Shown in pieces: positions 37,040-46,974 of a stretch of DNA of 64,000 nucleotides. Location of the stretch: contig CALBRH010000044.1 of assembly GCA_937899865.1 (NCBI GenBank), positions 1-64,000 of the forward strand. The letters run 5' to 3'. The notes under the pieces were generated by a model. It saw only the letters and a program-made list of their open reading frames with translations. It searched no databases and was not told where the DNA came from. Numbering within the stretch: the first letter of the stretch is position 1; every line of letters begins with the position of its first letter. Both the position numbers and the translations under genes were made by a program. The stretch comes from an uncultured euryarchaeote. GTDB taxonomy: Archaea; Thermoplasmatota; Poseidoniia; Poseidoniales; Poseidoniaceae.

Positions 37040-38530
37040 ATGTTCATGGTGGCCGAGAATCTTGTCAATACTGAGCGCAGAATGCTCAAGGCAATGTTGG
37101 TGGATTCTGGCAAAAATTGGACTTTAGATGAAATTCTAGATAGTTGTAATTGGCAAGACCAAGCAGTTGCTGTTGGAGCAGGGCAAGGTCTTGCAAACAA
37201 GGGTTTTGCTGATGTACATGAAGTTGTAAGCACCGAAGTTAGACTCGCTTCTCAAGGGGAATCTGCAATGAACGAAGGGCTACTGGAGGCGAGGTTATGG
37301 CAATGGTTCAAATCTGCTGACGAAGCAACAATGGCCAGTATGCAGCAATCATTTGAGAAACATGAAGCAGGACCAGGAATTGGCTTGCTAAAAAAATTAG
37401 GCATTACGATGGAAACAGGAATATTCACTTGTGCAGATGAAGCAATGGTAGAAGAAACAATTTCAGCACGACAGAAGTTTCTTTCAGACCTTCCAAGCAA
37501 GGTAAGTGATTTAGATCAACAATTACTTGAACAATTCAAAAGTCGACGCAATTTTATTGAATTGGTCGACAGTACTTCCAGAACTTGGACTTTGACTAAA
37601 TCAGGTTCACAAGTTAAGGTAGGTGATTTAGTTGAAACCACAATGGTTAATGAAATAACTCCGGAGTTATTGCAAAGTGATTCATGGAAAGATGTAGAGT
37701 TTAGATCATTCGATGTAACTCTCGAATCTGCTACGCCTAGGACAGGACGTAGTCATCCAATGCAGTCATTGATTGAAAGAATCCGTCACATATTCCTTGA
37801 AATGGGATTTTCAGAATTGGTTGAAGATTATGTTCAAACTGCAGGCTGGAATATGGATGCATTATTTATTCCTCAAGACCACCCTGCTAGGGAAATGCAG
37901 GATACATTTTACCTCGACAATCCAAATTCGATGCCATTACCTGACCATATAATGGAGACATGGTCAGATATTCATCGCACTGGTGGCGAAACAGGTTCAA
38001 CAGGATGGGGCGGTGAGTTCTCTAAAGAAACCTCACAAAAGGGGCTTCTAAGAACTCATACAACTGTGAATACGATTCAATATCTCGCTGACAATCCTAA
38101 GAAAGCTTGCCGTATGTTTACCGTAGACAGAGTGTTTAGAAAAGAGGCAATTGACCGAACTCATCTACCTGAATTTCATCAAATTGAAGGAATCATTATG
38201 GAAGAGGGTGCTAATTTACAAATGCTAGTTACAACGCTCAAAACCTTCTATGAAAAGATGGGATATCCAGAAGTTAGGGTTAGACCAGCATATTTCCCGT
38301 ATACCGAACCAAGTCTCGAAATCGAGGTAAAGTGGCGTGGCAAGTGGTTGGAGTTAGGTGGCGCAGGAATTTTCCGCCCTGAAGTGACCGAACCGTTAGG
38401 AATTGAACATCCAGTTTTGGCTTGGGGCATGGGTCTTGAGCGTTTGGCAATGTTAGTTCTTGGACTTGATGATATTAGACAATTGTATATTTCAGATTTG
38501 GAATGGTTAAGAAATCAACCTTTGATTTGA
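37040..38530 (+). CDS. pheS: Phenylalanine-tRNA ligase alpha subunit (archaeal long form)
   Basis: GRSHP, WNMDALFIPQDHPAREMQDTFY, LRTHTT, DRTHLPEFHQIEG, RPAYFPYTEPS, WGMGLERLAM. Confidence 0.98.
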   Translation: MFMVAENLVNTERRMLKAMLVDSGKNWTLDEILDSCNWQDQAVAVGAGQGLANKGFADVHEVVSTEVRLASQGESAMNEGLLEARLWQWFKSADEATMASMQQSFEKHEAGPGIGLLKKLGITMETGIFTCADEAMVEETISARQKFLSDLPSKVSDLDQQLLEQFKSRRNFIELVDSTSRTWTLTKSGSQVKVGDLVETTMVNEITPELLQSDSWKDVEFRSFDVTLESATPRTGRSHPMQSLIERIRHIFLEMGFSELVEDYVQTAGWNMDALFIPQDHPAREMQDTFYLDNPNSMPLPDHIMETWSDIHRTGGETGSTGWGGEFSKETSQKGLLRTHTTVNTIQYLADNPKKACRMFTVDRVFRKEAIDRTHLPEFHQIEGIIMEEGANLQMLVTTLKTFYEKMGYPEVRVRPAYFPYTEPSLEIEVKWRGKWLELGGAGIFRPEVTEPLGIEHPVLAWGMGLERLAMLVLGLDDIRQLYISDLEWLRNQPLI

Positions 38531-38541
38531 GACGAATTGCG

Positions 38542-38557
38542 GATTATTTGAATAATC
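38542..38557. promoter_or_regulatory. 7-2-7 inverted repeat just upstream of the redoxin-CcdA gene
   Basis: GATTATT-tg-AATAATC, about 20 bp before the ATG and upstream of a GGAG SD-like site. Confidence 0.3.
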
Positions 38558-38576
38558 ACCGACTGTAGGAGATATT

Positions 38577-40043
38577 ATGGGGCTAACTGACACTATGGAT
38601 TTGGGTGTTTTCACACGCTCCGAAACATGGAAAGCATTTGCTATTGCTGCAATCATGTTTGTAGCAATATCATTTGCGGCCTTGTCTATGTTTGACAGCA
38701 TGGATGATATTTTCCAGTCAGATGCAGACCCTGAACCTATTCCTAACATGGTTTTTGAATCTTTAAATCGAACAGGAGTGGAATCTGAAATAGTGAATGA
38801 AACAGGCTGGTTTAACACAAATGATCTACGTGGTTCTATCGTAATTTTTGATATGATGGCCCATGATTGTAGTAATTGTCATGCAGTGCAATATCATTTG
38901 GAAGATAAAATGAATGAATGGCAAAGTTTAGCAAATCAGTCAAATAAATCATTACACATTATCGCCTATGGTAGTTGGTATGGTGAGGATTTAGATTATC
39001 TAAATGAATCTGATAGCAAGTATACAGTTCCACTTTATCCTACTGGAATGGGTTATGAAAAAGCGGCAATACTTGAAGATGGAGATATAGCAGACCCAGT
39101 TCGATTATTCACTACCGCTGGTACAGGACAAATCCCTGTTGTAATGGTTATTGATGAAGAGGGTTACATCATTGAGCGACAAGCTACAGGTTCACCAACT
39201 GATAAGTGGAATTCATTTGATTCTGTTGTCGAATTAGCAATTACCACTCCAGTAAATGCAACTGAAGATTTGCGTATTGCTTGGGAAGAACCTTCGACGT
39301 CTTATCTTGCAGTATTTGCTTTGGGTATGATTCTCTCGATCTTAGTTTATTTCTCACCGTGTGCTTTCCCAGTCTTACCTGGTTTCATCTCATACTATTT
39401 GTCACTTGGAGCGCGTGAAGACGAATTGATTGCTGATGGTAAGTTGAAGAGTAAAATGCCAAGTCCAATTGTTATTGGTTCTTTATCTGGTTTTGGAATG
39501 TGGACATTTTTCTTGTTCATTGGAATTATTGCAATTGTCATGGGTGAAGCATTTCAAAAATCAGGTCTTGTCCATTATATTGCGGTATTTATTGCAATAT
39601 TATTGATTATTCTTGGTTCAATGATGTTACTTGGAATCACCTCACATGTTATGGGATTTGTCCAAAAATTTGTTGATAAATATAGTACTACTGAAGATGA
39701 CGAAGTATTCACACCACGTCGAAATATGTATCTTTATGGAATTGGCTATGCCGCTGCTTCAATCGATTGCACAGCAGCAGCAGTCTTGCCATTTGTACTA
39801 TATTTGGGAACTTTAGGAGGGAGCGCAATTACTCTTGGTATTGGAGGGTTAATGCTTGGTCTGCTAATCCTAATGATTGCCGTTACAGTATTGGTAGGCT
39901 TGGGCCGTCAAGTAATGATTAATTTCCTCAGAAGAGCGACTGGTATGATTAAGATGGTCGGGTCATGGATGATGATTATGGCAGGAATAAGTTTGACATT
40001 ATATCTTACCAACAGAGATGCTGTAAGTGCGGTCTTTGGTTAA
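38577..40043 (+). CDS. Thioredoxin-like (redoxin) domain fused N-terminally to a CcdA/DsbD-beta transmembrane domain
   Basis: N-terminal TM, DMMAHDCSNC (CxxC), then FSPCAFPVLPGFISYYL and SIDCTA (the two CcdA cysteines). Confidence 0.85.
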   Translation: MGLTDTMDLGVFTRSETWKAFAIAAIMFVAISFAALSMFDSMDDIFQSDADPEPIPNMVFESLNRTGVESEIVNETGWFNTNDLRGSIVIFDMMAHDCSNCHAVQYHLEDKMNEWQSLANQSNKSLHIIAYGSWYGEDLDYLNESDSKYTVPLYPTGMGYEKAAILEDGDIADPVRLFTTAGTGQIPVVMVIDEEGYIIERQATGSPTDKWNSFDSVVELAITTPVNATEDLRIAWEEPSTSYLAVFALGMILSILVYFSPCAFPVLPGFISYYLSLGAREDELIADGKLKSKMPSPIVIGSLSGFGMWTFFLFIGIIAIVMGEAFQKSGLVHYIAVFIAILLIILGSMMLLGITSHVMGFVQKFVDKYSTTEDDEVFTPRRNMYLYGIGYAAASIDCTAAAVLPFVLYLGTLGGSAITLGIGGLMLGLLILMIAVTVLVGLGRQVMINFLRRATGMIKMVGSWMMIMAGISLTLYLTNRDAVSAVFG

Positions 40044-40784
40044 TCAAAGTGATTCAAAACTGGCAATAGATTCTTCGCTATGGCATTCATCTAATAATGG
40101 TAATATCCAAAATTTCCATGCCACTAATCCTACAATTATTCCTGTCAATGCATCCCAAACAAAATGCTGTTTAGTAGTCATAACAGAAATAGTCAACATT
40201 ATCCAAGCAAACCATAGTATTCTAAAATACCATTTAGTATTTTCATTTTTGTACCATCTACTAACTACTAAGACTGCAAGTAGGCTTTGCACTATGTGAA
40301 GTGAAGGCCAAGCATTCCATTCGGTGTCAACAGCATGTAGGTGATCATACCAGGGTTGCCAAACGCCAAGTTCAGATTCAAAGACGCTTTTACGAATGTC
40401 TACCTCCACTGGTAGGATTATGAAAATGATAAAAACCATCCAAGTTAGAATCAATAAGGTTTGGTGAAAAATGATATTTTCACGCTGAGTCTTTTCATTT
40501 TTCATGCCTAGTAATGCTGCCATTGGGTAGCAAAAGTACAGAGTAGAGTACGGAACAATCATCCATGGAATGACGGGAATCCAACTATCTAATCCAGTAG
40601 CAGGATCAAAAGCTTGCCAATCACGCCAGTAAGAAAACTGATTTGTCAGTAAATAACCTAAACCAGCTCCAAAAATTATCGCTAAAATCAGAGCAATTGG
40701 TAGTCGGTACCCAGAAATTGAGGACTTATTTTGCCAATGGCTACTCCATATTCGCCATGGCTTAGAGCCCCACTTGAGAGACAT
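40044..40784 (-). CDS. PAP2/Aur1-like membrane phosphoesterase
   Basis: NAWPSLHI and SVMTTKQHFVWD motifs, about 6 TM. Confidence 0.85.
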   Translation of the reverse strand: MSLKWGSKPWRIWSSHWQNKSSISGYRLPIALILAIIFGAGLGYLLTNQFSYWRDWQAFDPATGLDSWIPVIPWMIVPYSTLYFCYPMAALLGMKNEKTQRENIIFHQTLLILTWMVFIIFIILPVEVDIRKSVFESELGVWQPWYDHLHAVDTEWNAWPSLHIVQSLLAVLVVSRWYKNENTKWYFRILWFAWIMLTISVMTTKQHFVWDALTGIIVGLVAWKFWILPLLDECHSEESIASFESL

Positions 40785-40825
40785 GATTATGCTAAATTAG
40801 GATGATTAATTAACAATCTGCCGAT

Positions 40826-42031
40826 TTACAGAGTTATTCCACAATGAGGGCATGCATTCCAACCTACCATAACTGGCTTTGAACAACTGTTGCATAAGTA
40901 CTCCTCTGTTTTTTCAACATCTCCTCCAGAACCATCAACTGCCTTTTGAGCAGTTTGTTGACGGAGGAATTCTTGCATAACTTCTGGAGTTAGTGCATCA
41001 TTTTGGGCAGCCATTTCCATCATTCTAACTTGTAAGTCATTCTGTTTATCCATACGCTGGTTTTGGTGGTCCATTTGTTGTTGAATACGTTGTTGTTTTT
41101 TAGCCTGTACCTGTTCGAATAACGCCATAGCTTGTTCGGTTTTGTGCGAAGATTCTTTCATTCTAAGGTTTAGTTGACCTTCATCACGCTTCAATTCAGC
41201 TTCCCACTGAGCTTCTTGCTTACGCAGTTCTTTCAACTCGCTCTGTAGTTCTACGGACACTTTTCCTGCGGCTTCAGCCTTGGCGACATTTACCTCGCAC
41301 TCGATTCTTCGAAGTGTTGCGGCTTCTCTAATGGCAATTCTTTCCATCAATGCTTCAGCATGAGCACCTTCAGTATTGGTTGCAGCTGCGAGTTGTGATT
41401 GTAACTCAGATATCTTCTCATTGTCGGTTTGATTTGATGTAATAAATGCCTTTAGCATAGTAAATCCTAATGTCGATAGAGTTGCTCTAAGTTCAACTTC
41501 TGCGCGCATTTCAAACTTTTCTTGGAAAGCAGAACTTCGCAACATAGAATCATTTTCACATTCCGCTAATGATGGGTTAATTACTCGCATCATCAATTCA
41601 TTATGTAATACTTCAGCAAGCCTTTTTCTATCTAACATTGGTGCACTATTGGCAAACATATTGAGTAATTTAGGGATGTCTTCAGTACGTAGTTGAACTC
41701 GAATATTGGCAAAACCTGTTACTACACTGCCATTTGGTAGATTCCCAGAAAACGGTATTGAAATATCTGCTGGGCCAGTCATTGCAAATAACAATCGTCG
41801 ATCTTTTGCAGTAATACCCATCATGTCGCCAATAAATCTGTTAAATCCGCCAGCAACATTGCCAACAACTTTCTCAGTTAGAATATCACCTATTCTTCCA
41901 TCAACAATAAATACACATGCTTCATTTGGTTTGAGCACAACTTCTTGTGCTTTCCATGTGTTCAAATTATTTGCATCAATTAGCTTTGCTAAAATGTTAG
42001 GATTATCTCTCCATCTAAATCTATTACTCAT
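40826..42031 (-). CDS. SPFH (band-7-like) domain protein with coiled coil and C-terminal zinc ribbon
   Basis: VVLKPNEACVFIVDGR; Glu/Gln/Ala-rich coiled coil; CNSC...CPHC. Confidence 0.7.
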   Translation of the reverse strand: MSNRFRWRDNPNILAKLIDANNLNTWKAQEVVLKPNEACVFIVDGRIGDILTEKVVGNVAGGFNRFIGDMMGITAKDRRLLFAMTGPADISIPFSGNLPNGSVVTGFANIRVQLRTEDIPKLLNMFANSAPMLDRKRLAEVLHNELMMRVINPSLAECENDSMLRSSAFQEKFEMRAEVELRATLSTLGFTMLKAFITSNQTDNEKISELQSQLAAATNTEGAHAEALMERIAIREAATLRRIECEVNVAKAEAAGKVSVELQSELKELRKQEAQWEAELKRDEGQLNLRMKESSHKTEQAMALFEQVQAKKQQRIQQQMDHQNQRMDKQNDLQVRMMEMAAQNDALTPEVMQEFLRQQTAQKAVDGSGGDVEKTEEYLCNSCSKPVMVGWNACPHCGITL

Positions 42032-42039
42032 TTTTACAC

Positions 42040-42585
42040 CTACTTTGTTTTCTGCCTAAGACCACCTAGAATTTTATTTCTTGAATTGAAAAATCCTTGG
42101 CAACTTGTTACCATTTGCTGACATTGTTGAATCAAATTCAAAACTTCTTCTTCACCTTTACTGGTATTGAATGCATGTTCCGCACTATTTGCAATATTGA
42201 TTGCTTTGGTTACCATTTCGATTACATCGTGGTCGTGCTTGATTAAACTCTTCAAATCTGAAACCTTTACTGAGCGAGAACCAGAGAAAAATGCATGATT
42301 CATTCCAGAAACTGACTTGTCTACGTCTTCAATCAGAGAATCAATTTCACTATTTGCTAATTTAGCAATTCGAGCAATTTCCATTTTATCTCTCTTGAAA
42401 GCAATGTCTTGTATGTTTGAAAGATGGTTACGAGCTCTTGTTCCAGCACGTTTAATTTCGTCACGAATTAATTTGTCTGCCTCTCTACGCTTACCTTTTG
42501 TATATCCTTCATAACTAGATAGTACAAATTGTATTCCTCTTACGTAAGGTAATACTTCAATGGGTACAGCAGGCATCTCACTCAT
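42040..42585 (-). CDS. Conserved alpha-helical hypothetical protein, partner of the SPFH gene
   Basis: YEGY...RREADKLIRD...SGMNHAFFS...LIKHD. Start 42585 or 42576, overlapping the thiQ stop. Confidence 0.75.
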   Translation of the reverse strand: MSEMPAVPIEVLPYVRGIQFVLSSYEGYTKGKRREADKLIRDEIKRAGTRARNHLSNIQDIAFKRDKMEIARIAKLANSEIDSLIEDVDKSVSGMNHAFFSGSRSVKVSDLKSLIKHDHDVIEMVTKAINIANSAEHAFNTSKGEEEVLNLIQQCQQMVTSCQGFFNSRNKILGGLRQKTK

Positions 42586-43249
42586 GTATACTTTGTACAC
42601 GCTCGTTATTATTGCTTGCGTTATTTGGCGTACAAATTTCATCCCAATTCAAAATTCTATCTGAAATGATTGATGCTTCTTCAATATCATGTGAAACGTG
42701 TATTGCTGCCACACCTTTTGCCTTCAGTATTTCTTTGACATCATTTGCTAATTTTCTTCGTGAATCTAAATCAAGAGATGAGAATGGTTCATCCAATAAC
42801 AATAACATGGGTTCTGCTAACAATGCTCTTGCTAATACAACTCTTTGCGCTTCTCCTCCTGATAAAGTGGTGACTTTCCGTTCTGCATAGCCTGATAAAT
42901 TAACTAATTCAAGAGAACTTTCAATGGTTGTTATTTTCTCTTGCTTTGACAACTTCTTATTTACTCCAAGGAGAATATTTTTTCCAACATTCAAATGGGG
43001 GTAAAGTACCGGCTTTTGGAAAATGAATCCAATATTATCAGTACTTTTTTCATCGAATATGATCTCACCATCATGTGTGCTTTCAAGACCAGAAATCATA
43101 CGCAATAGAGTGGTTTTTCCACATCCGCTTGAGCCAAATATTGACACAATTTCTCCCTTTGAAATTGATAATTCTAAGTTAGAAAAGATTGTCTTATCTC
43201 CAAAAACCTTCTTTCCAATTTCAATCTTCACAATAACTTCATCATTCAT
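42578..43249 (-). CDS. thiQ: Thiamine/Fe-type ABC transporter ATP-binding protein
   Basis: GSSGCGKTT, FQKPVLYPHLNV, LSGGEAQRV, LLDEPFSSLD. Gene name assigned from context. Confidence 0.85.
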   Translation of the reverse strand: MNDEVIVKIEIGKKVFGDKTIFSNLELSISKGEIVSIFGSSGCGKTTLLRMISGLESTHDGEIIFDEKSTDNIGFIFQKPVLYPHLNVGKNILLGVNKKLSKQEKITTIESSLELVNLSGYAERKVTTLSGGEAQRVVLARALLAEPMLLLLDEPFSSLDLDSRRKLANDVKEILKAKGVAAIHVSHDIEEASIISDRILNWDEICTPNNASNNNERVQSIHE

Positions 43250-44955
43250 CAAAAACCACTTCCTTCCTCACTATGGCGAAATCTTTCAGCAATCAAAAAC
43301 AGGATAAATGTCAGTACCATTAGGGTAGTTGCTGCTGCCATAGCCATTGGTTGAATCAATGGGTCAAACTTAGGTTGCCCCATTAGTTGGTCAACCAATA
43401 CCGATAAACTATCCCATGAACCAGACCTAATCAATATCCATGAGGCTCCAAACTCACCGAGTGAAAATGCCATAGTTAAAGCAGCAGAAACTACTATTGG
43501 AGCCCTAAGCAATGCGATTCTAGCATGCCACCATGCTTTAATTGGTGAAAGTCCGAGTAGTTGCGCTTGTTCATGATACTCTGGTTCTAGAGACCGTATA
43601 GCAGGCAATAAAATTCTAATCACAAACGGAGTTGTAATGATTATATGAGGTATAGCAGGGATGAGAATCCAAGAAAACAATGAAGGTGCCCATTTTAGTA
43701 AACCAATTAGAATTCCAAGTCCGATCATTACAGCAGATAATGCAAGAGGAACCATTGTTAAGAATTCAACTATCTTTGCAATATTGTGATTATTTTCTTT
43801 CTCCAAACGTGCAATACAGGATGAAATGATGTAGCCAACAGGGAGCGCAACTGCAAGTGTGATTAGACAGTATATTAGCGAATTGTAAAGGGCATCAGGT
43901 ATTGCAGTTGACGAATAATTTCCTTGCCATGCTTCTTGCCATGCGATAGTTGAAAAATAATATCCCTGGTCAGTAGCATCTCTAATTCTTAGCGATGAAA
44001 TTCCAACAAGCAACAATGGTAGTAAAGCATAGATTACTGCAGAAGTTATCGTTATCTTTGCCATATTAGAGGGGTTAGGTTTGCTAACTGCAAGAGAATT
44101 TTCAGTAATTATTGAATGCATAATGGAGTGTTTCTTCTGTATTCTGGCAGTAATAATAATCGCTAATGAAAGAATGATTAGTTGAACGATTGAAGTGGCA
44201 AGGACAATCTCACTTGTATCAATTCTGTAGCCATAAATCCCTGCAGAACCTCCCGATTTTGCCATCAAGGTTTCAAGATTATCTTGATTAGGAGTTAGCC
44301 ACTTGATTAGGGCAAATGAACTAAATGAGAATATGAAACATAAGCATGCAGCACACATAGCAGCAGGCCATAGGATTGGCAGCCACAAATTTTTGAAACG
44401 TCTAAATGCTGTTTTACCAGCTGGTAAAAACCTCATTTGCTCTTCCCATGAATTATTCATCGTCGACAAGGTTGGTTCGATAAATCGCATTACAAGGGAG
44501 AGATTAAACCAGACATGAGCAGCAATTAAAGCAATAAAATGACCAGGATTAATCCAGCCAGTATGATGTGCAATATCGCCAATAATGCCAGTTTCCAATC
44601 GTAAATCAATACCAATTGTGTCTAATATTCCACCTGGATCAATCAGCATCAAAAAGCCCATTGCCACTACAATTGAAGGTGTGACAAAAGGTACTGATAG
44701 TAAGGCTCTAATGACTCTAATGTTTTTCCAACGATATTTACCCAAATACCATGCTACTGGTAAGCCAATTAGTAACGTGAAGACAGTTGAGATGGTTGCT
44801 TCTAAGAGCGTAAATTTCAACGCTCGTAGTGTATCGTCATCAGAAAAGAAGTTGCTCAATGCTTGAACAATAGTCAAATCAGTAACTGAGGTTAGCCGAT
44901 GAATTGCATAAATTAGTGGAACGATTGTCAGTAAACAAAAACCAATTATCGTCAT
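43249..44955 (-). CDS. thiP: Thiamine ABC transporter permease (two-repeat)
   Basis: About 12 TM, PFVTPSIVVAMGF, AHVWFN, EQAQLLG EAA-like loop, FAFSLGEFGA-type motif. Confidence 0.88.
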   Translation of the reverse strand: MTIIGFCLLTIVPLIYAIHRLTSVTDLTIVQALSNFFSDDDTLRALKFTLLEATISTVFTLLIGLPVAWYLGKYRWKNIRVIRALLSVPFVTPSIVVAMGFLMLIDPGGILDTIGIDLRLETGIIGDIAHHTGWINPGHFIALIAAHVWFNLSLVMRFIEPTLSTMNNSWEEQMRFLPAGKTAFRRFKNLWLPILWPAAMCAACLCFIFSFSSFALIKWLTPNQDNLETLMAKSGGSAGIYGYRIDTSEIVLATSIVQLIILSLAIIITARIQKKHSIMHSIITENSLAVSKPNPSNMAKITITSAVIYALLPLLLVGISSLRIRDATDQGYYFSTIAWQEAWQGNYSSTAIPDALYNSLIYCLITLAVALPVGYIISSCIARLEKENNHNIAKIVEFLTMVPLALSAVMIGLGILIGLLKWAPSLFSWILIPAIPHIIITTPFVIRILLPAIRSLEPEYHEQAQLLGLSPIKAWWHARIALLRAPIVVSAALTMAFSLGEFGASWILIRSGSWDSLSVLVDQLMGQPKFDPLIQPMAMAAATTLMVLTFILFLIAERFRHSEEGSGF

Positions 44956-44983
44956 CCATTGAATAGGAATGACCCACTTAGGG

Positions 44984-45002
44984 TGCTGATTTTTACTCAG
45001 CA
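44984..45002 (-). other. Short hairpin between thiB and thiP (possible mRNA stability or partial termination element)
   Basis: TGCTGA-tttttac-TCAGCA within a GGTG...CACC flank. Confidence 0.25.
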
Positions 45003-45011
45003 GAAATCACC

Positions 45012-46112
45012 TCAATCTGTTGCAGTTTGCCAATCATCTAACCATGACGACATTTCCTGGTTTATTCTAGAAATTTCGATATCACTATTTTCCTCAGGAA
45101 TATCTGAATGATATCTGTAGCCATCAGTTTCTGGTAATGATTGATTGTTCAAAACAGAATACATTAGGTTATTTTCTGGCATGTTAGAGTTAACCTCCGG
45201 GCTCAATAAGTAATCAATAAATGCTTCAGCAGCATCAATATCGTTAGCACCGTTAATTATGCCAGTATACTCTATTTGTTGGAATGTAGTTTTTGGAATT
45301 GTGATAGATGTGGAATGAGTATAATTTCCAGCATAGAATGCTTCAACACCTGGTGATTGACAGTATGATACCGTTAAGTGAGCATCCCCGATATAACCAC
45401 TTGTGTATTCTCCATAGCCTCCAGTGTAATGAGTTTCATAAGATTCAGTCCAGCCTGAAGTAAATATTGCATCATTTTCTTTGATGGCTTTCCACCAGTC
45501 AAAAGCATCAGTTTCTACATCATCATCATTTTCAAAATAATCGATAGTAGCTACAAGGAAAGCTCGTCCAGGAGAGGATGTGATCGGTGAGGGGAATGTC
45601 ATTTTTCCACGCCATTCTTCCAAGGTTAAATCCCAAAGCGAAGTAGGGATTGAGATATTTTCTCCATCAACAAATCTCTCATCATAATTTAGGCAGACAG
45701 GACCCATATCAAATGGAATGGCAAATGGTCCACTGTAAGATTCCAAGGCTTGTGGTGAAATATTGTTGTAATTCGGATTAGTTTTGAATGAAGTTTCAGT
45801 AAGTAGATTATTTTCCAGCGCAGTTTGCAGATAGGTATTGTCAAGTCCAATCATTAAATCTGCTTGTGGACTATCTTTAGTCAGCATCATTTTGTCTAGG
45901 ATTCCTCCAGAATCATCTTCCTTGATGAAATTTACACAATATCCAGTTGTTTCAGTAAACTCATCCACCATCTGTTCGCTAAGTGCTAAAATGTCGTATG
46001 TTAGTACGTCTAAAGTACCCTTTTCACATTCACCATTATCATCATTTTGTAAACAACCAGTGAGGCCAAAGCAAGTAACAATTAGGGTGCAAAAGAGGAC
46101 CCTAAACTGCAT
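45012..46112 (-). CDS. thiB: Thiamine ABC transporter substrate-binding lipoprotein
   Basis: Lipobox-like LTGC; TYD, ADLMIGLDN, PFDMG..CLNYD, TSSPGRAFL, WTESY, VSY..SP. Confidence 0.9.
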   Translation of the reverse strand: MQFRVLFCTLIVTCFGLTGCLQNDDNGECEKGTLDVLTYDILALSEQMVDEFTETTGYCVNFIKEDDSGGILDKMMLTKDSPQADLMIGLDNTYLQTALENNLLTETSFKTNPNYNNISPQALESYSGPFAIPFDMGPVCLNYDERFVDGENISIPTSLWDLTLEEWRGKMTFPSPITSSPGRAFLVATIDYFENDDDVETDAFDWWKAIKENDAIFTSGWTESYETHYTGGYGEYTSGYIGDAHLTVSYCQSPGVEAFYAGNYTHSTSITIPKTTFQQIEYTGIINGANDIDAAEAFIDYLLSPEVNSNMPENNLMYSVLNNQSLPETDGYRYHSDIPEENSDIEISRINQEMSSWLDDWQTATD

Positions 46113-46974
46113 TAATTACATCCCCTATATGGCCAGCAATCAAGTGAGTTCGATCTATTAGTTCAAGTGGGTTATGAGCTAAAATATACAAACTTGGTTC
46201 CCATCCATAACCGCCCTCATCCAAAATAATGTCCAGTTTGGAATAAGAGCCTACTAATTTTCCTTTCTTGCATGTTGCAAAAGAATATCCTAATTGATCA
46301 CAAATCTCCTTTATTCTTTCAATATCCACTTTATCATCATCAATAACTGGCTTCAAATTAATAATCGAAGTTTTTGCCTCATTCATTGTGTGTGCTTGTA
46401 TCAATATTGAAGCAAGATGTTTCGAAACACCAAAGGCCGGAGTTTCATGATGGCGAAGTTTGCCGTTTACTATCGCAATACGGCCAGGAAATGCTGCGAC
46501 CTCCTCACTACTTCTCGCACCTTTGATGCAAGAAGCAATATTCATACCTACTGCTGGTAAAATATGCTGTATTCGTTTAACATCTAATCTTCCTATCGCC
46601 CATTCCAGCCTTCTTAGTAGCGCCCTTTCCAATTGACTACTATCCAAATCAAGCCCGGTAAGAGTTTTATCAAATCGAAGAGTTTGTTGGCCAGAAAATT
46701 GTAATTCAACAATCAATCGCTGCCTTAGCACGTTAGCTTCGGGGCCAATTGATGATAATGCTTGGGAAAGTTCACTCGCCCAAGAGTCAACCATTGCCTC
46801 ATCTGCTGAAGCAGTAAGGCCGATAGTAGGTTTCTGGATGTGGCGGGATATTGTGCTTTGAGTGGAACCAAGAACTGCCGCAATTTCTGTTTGAGACCAT
46901 CCTTTGCCACGTAAATCCTTAGCAACATGTTGGTGCAATCTGTCAAGCCACTTTCCGCCTACTTCTCCTAGCAT
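46102..46974 (-). CDS. thiR: ThiR-type regulator (HTH + ThiN/thiamine-phosphate-binding domain)
   Basis: GWSQTEIAAVLGSTQSTISRH HTH; PAVGMNIA, AAFPGRI, FGVSKHLA, EGGYGWEP. Overlaps the thiB start. Confidence 0.85.
   Translation of the reverse strand: MLGEVGGKWLDRLHQHVAKDLRGKGWSQTEIAAVLGSTQSTISRHIQKPTIGLTASADEAMVDSWASELSQALSSIGPEANVLRQRLIVELQFSGQQTLRFDKTLTGLDLDSSQLERALLRRLEWAIGRLDVKRIQHILPAVGMNIASCIKGARSSEEVAAFPGRIAIVNGKLRHHETPAFGVSKHLASILIQAHTMNEAKTSIINLKPVIDDDKVDIERIKEICDQLGYSFATCKKGKLVGSYSKLDIILDEGGYGWEPSLYILAHNPLELIDRTHLIAGHIGDVINAV

Noticed and set aside
46102-46974. Thiamine-phosphate synthase (ThiN) as a biosynthetic enzyme
   Set aside because: The N-terminal HTH and position ahead of the importer fit the ThiR regulator better, and no ThiD fusion or biosynthetic genes are nearby.
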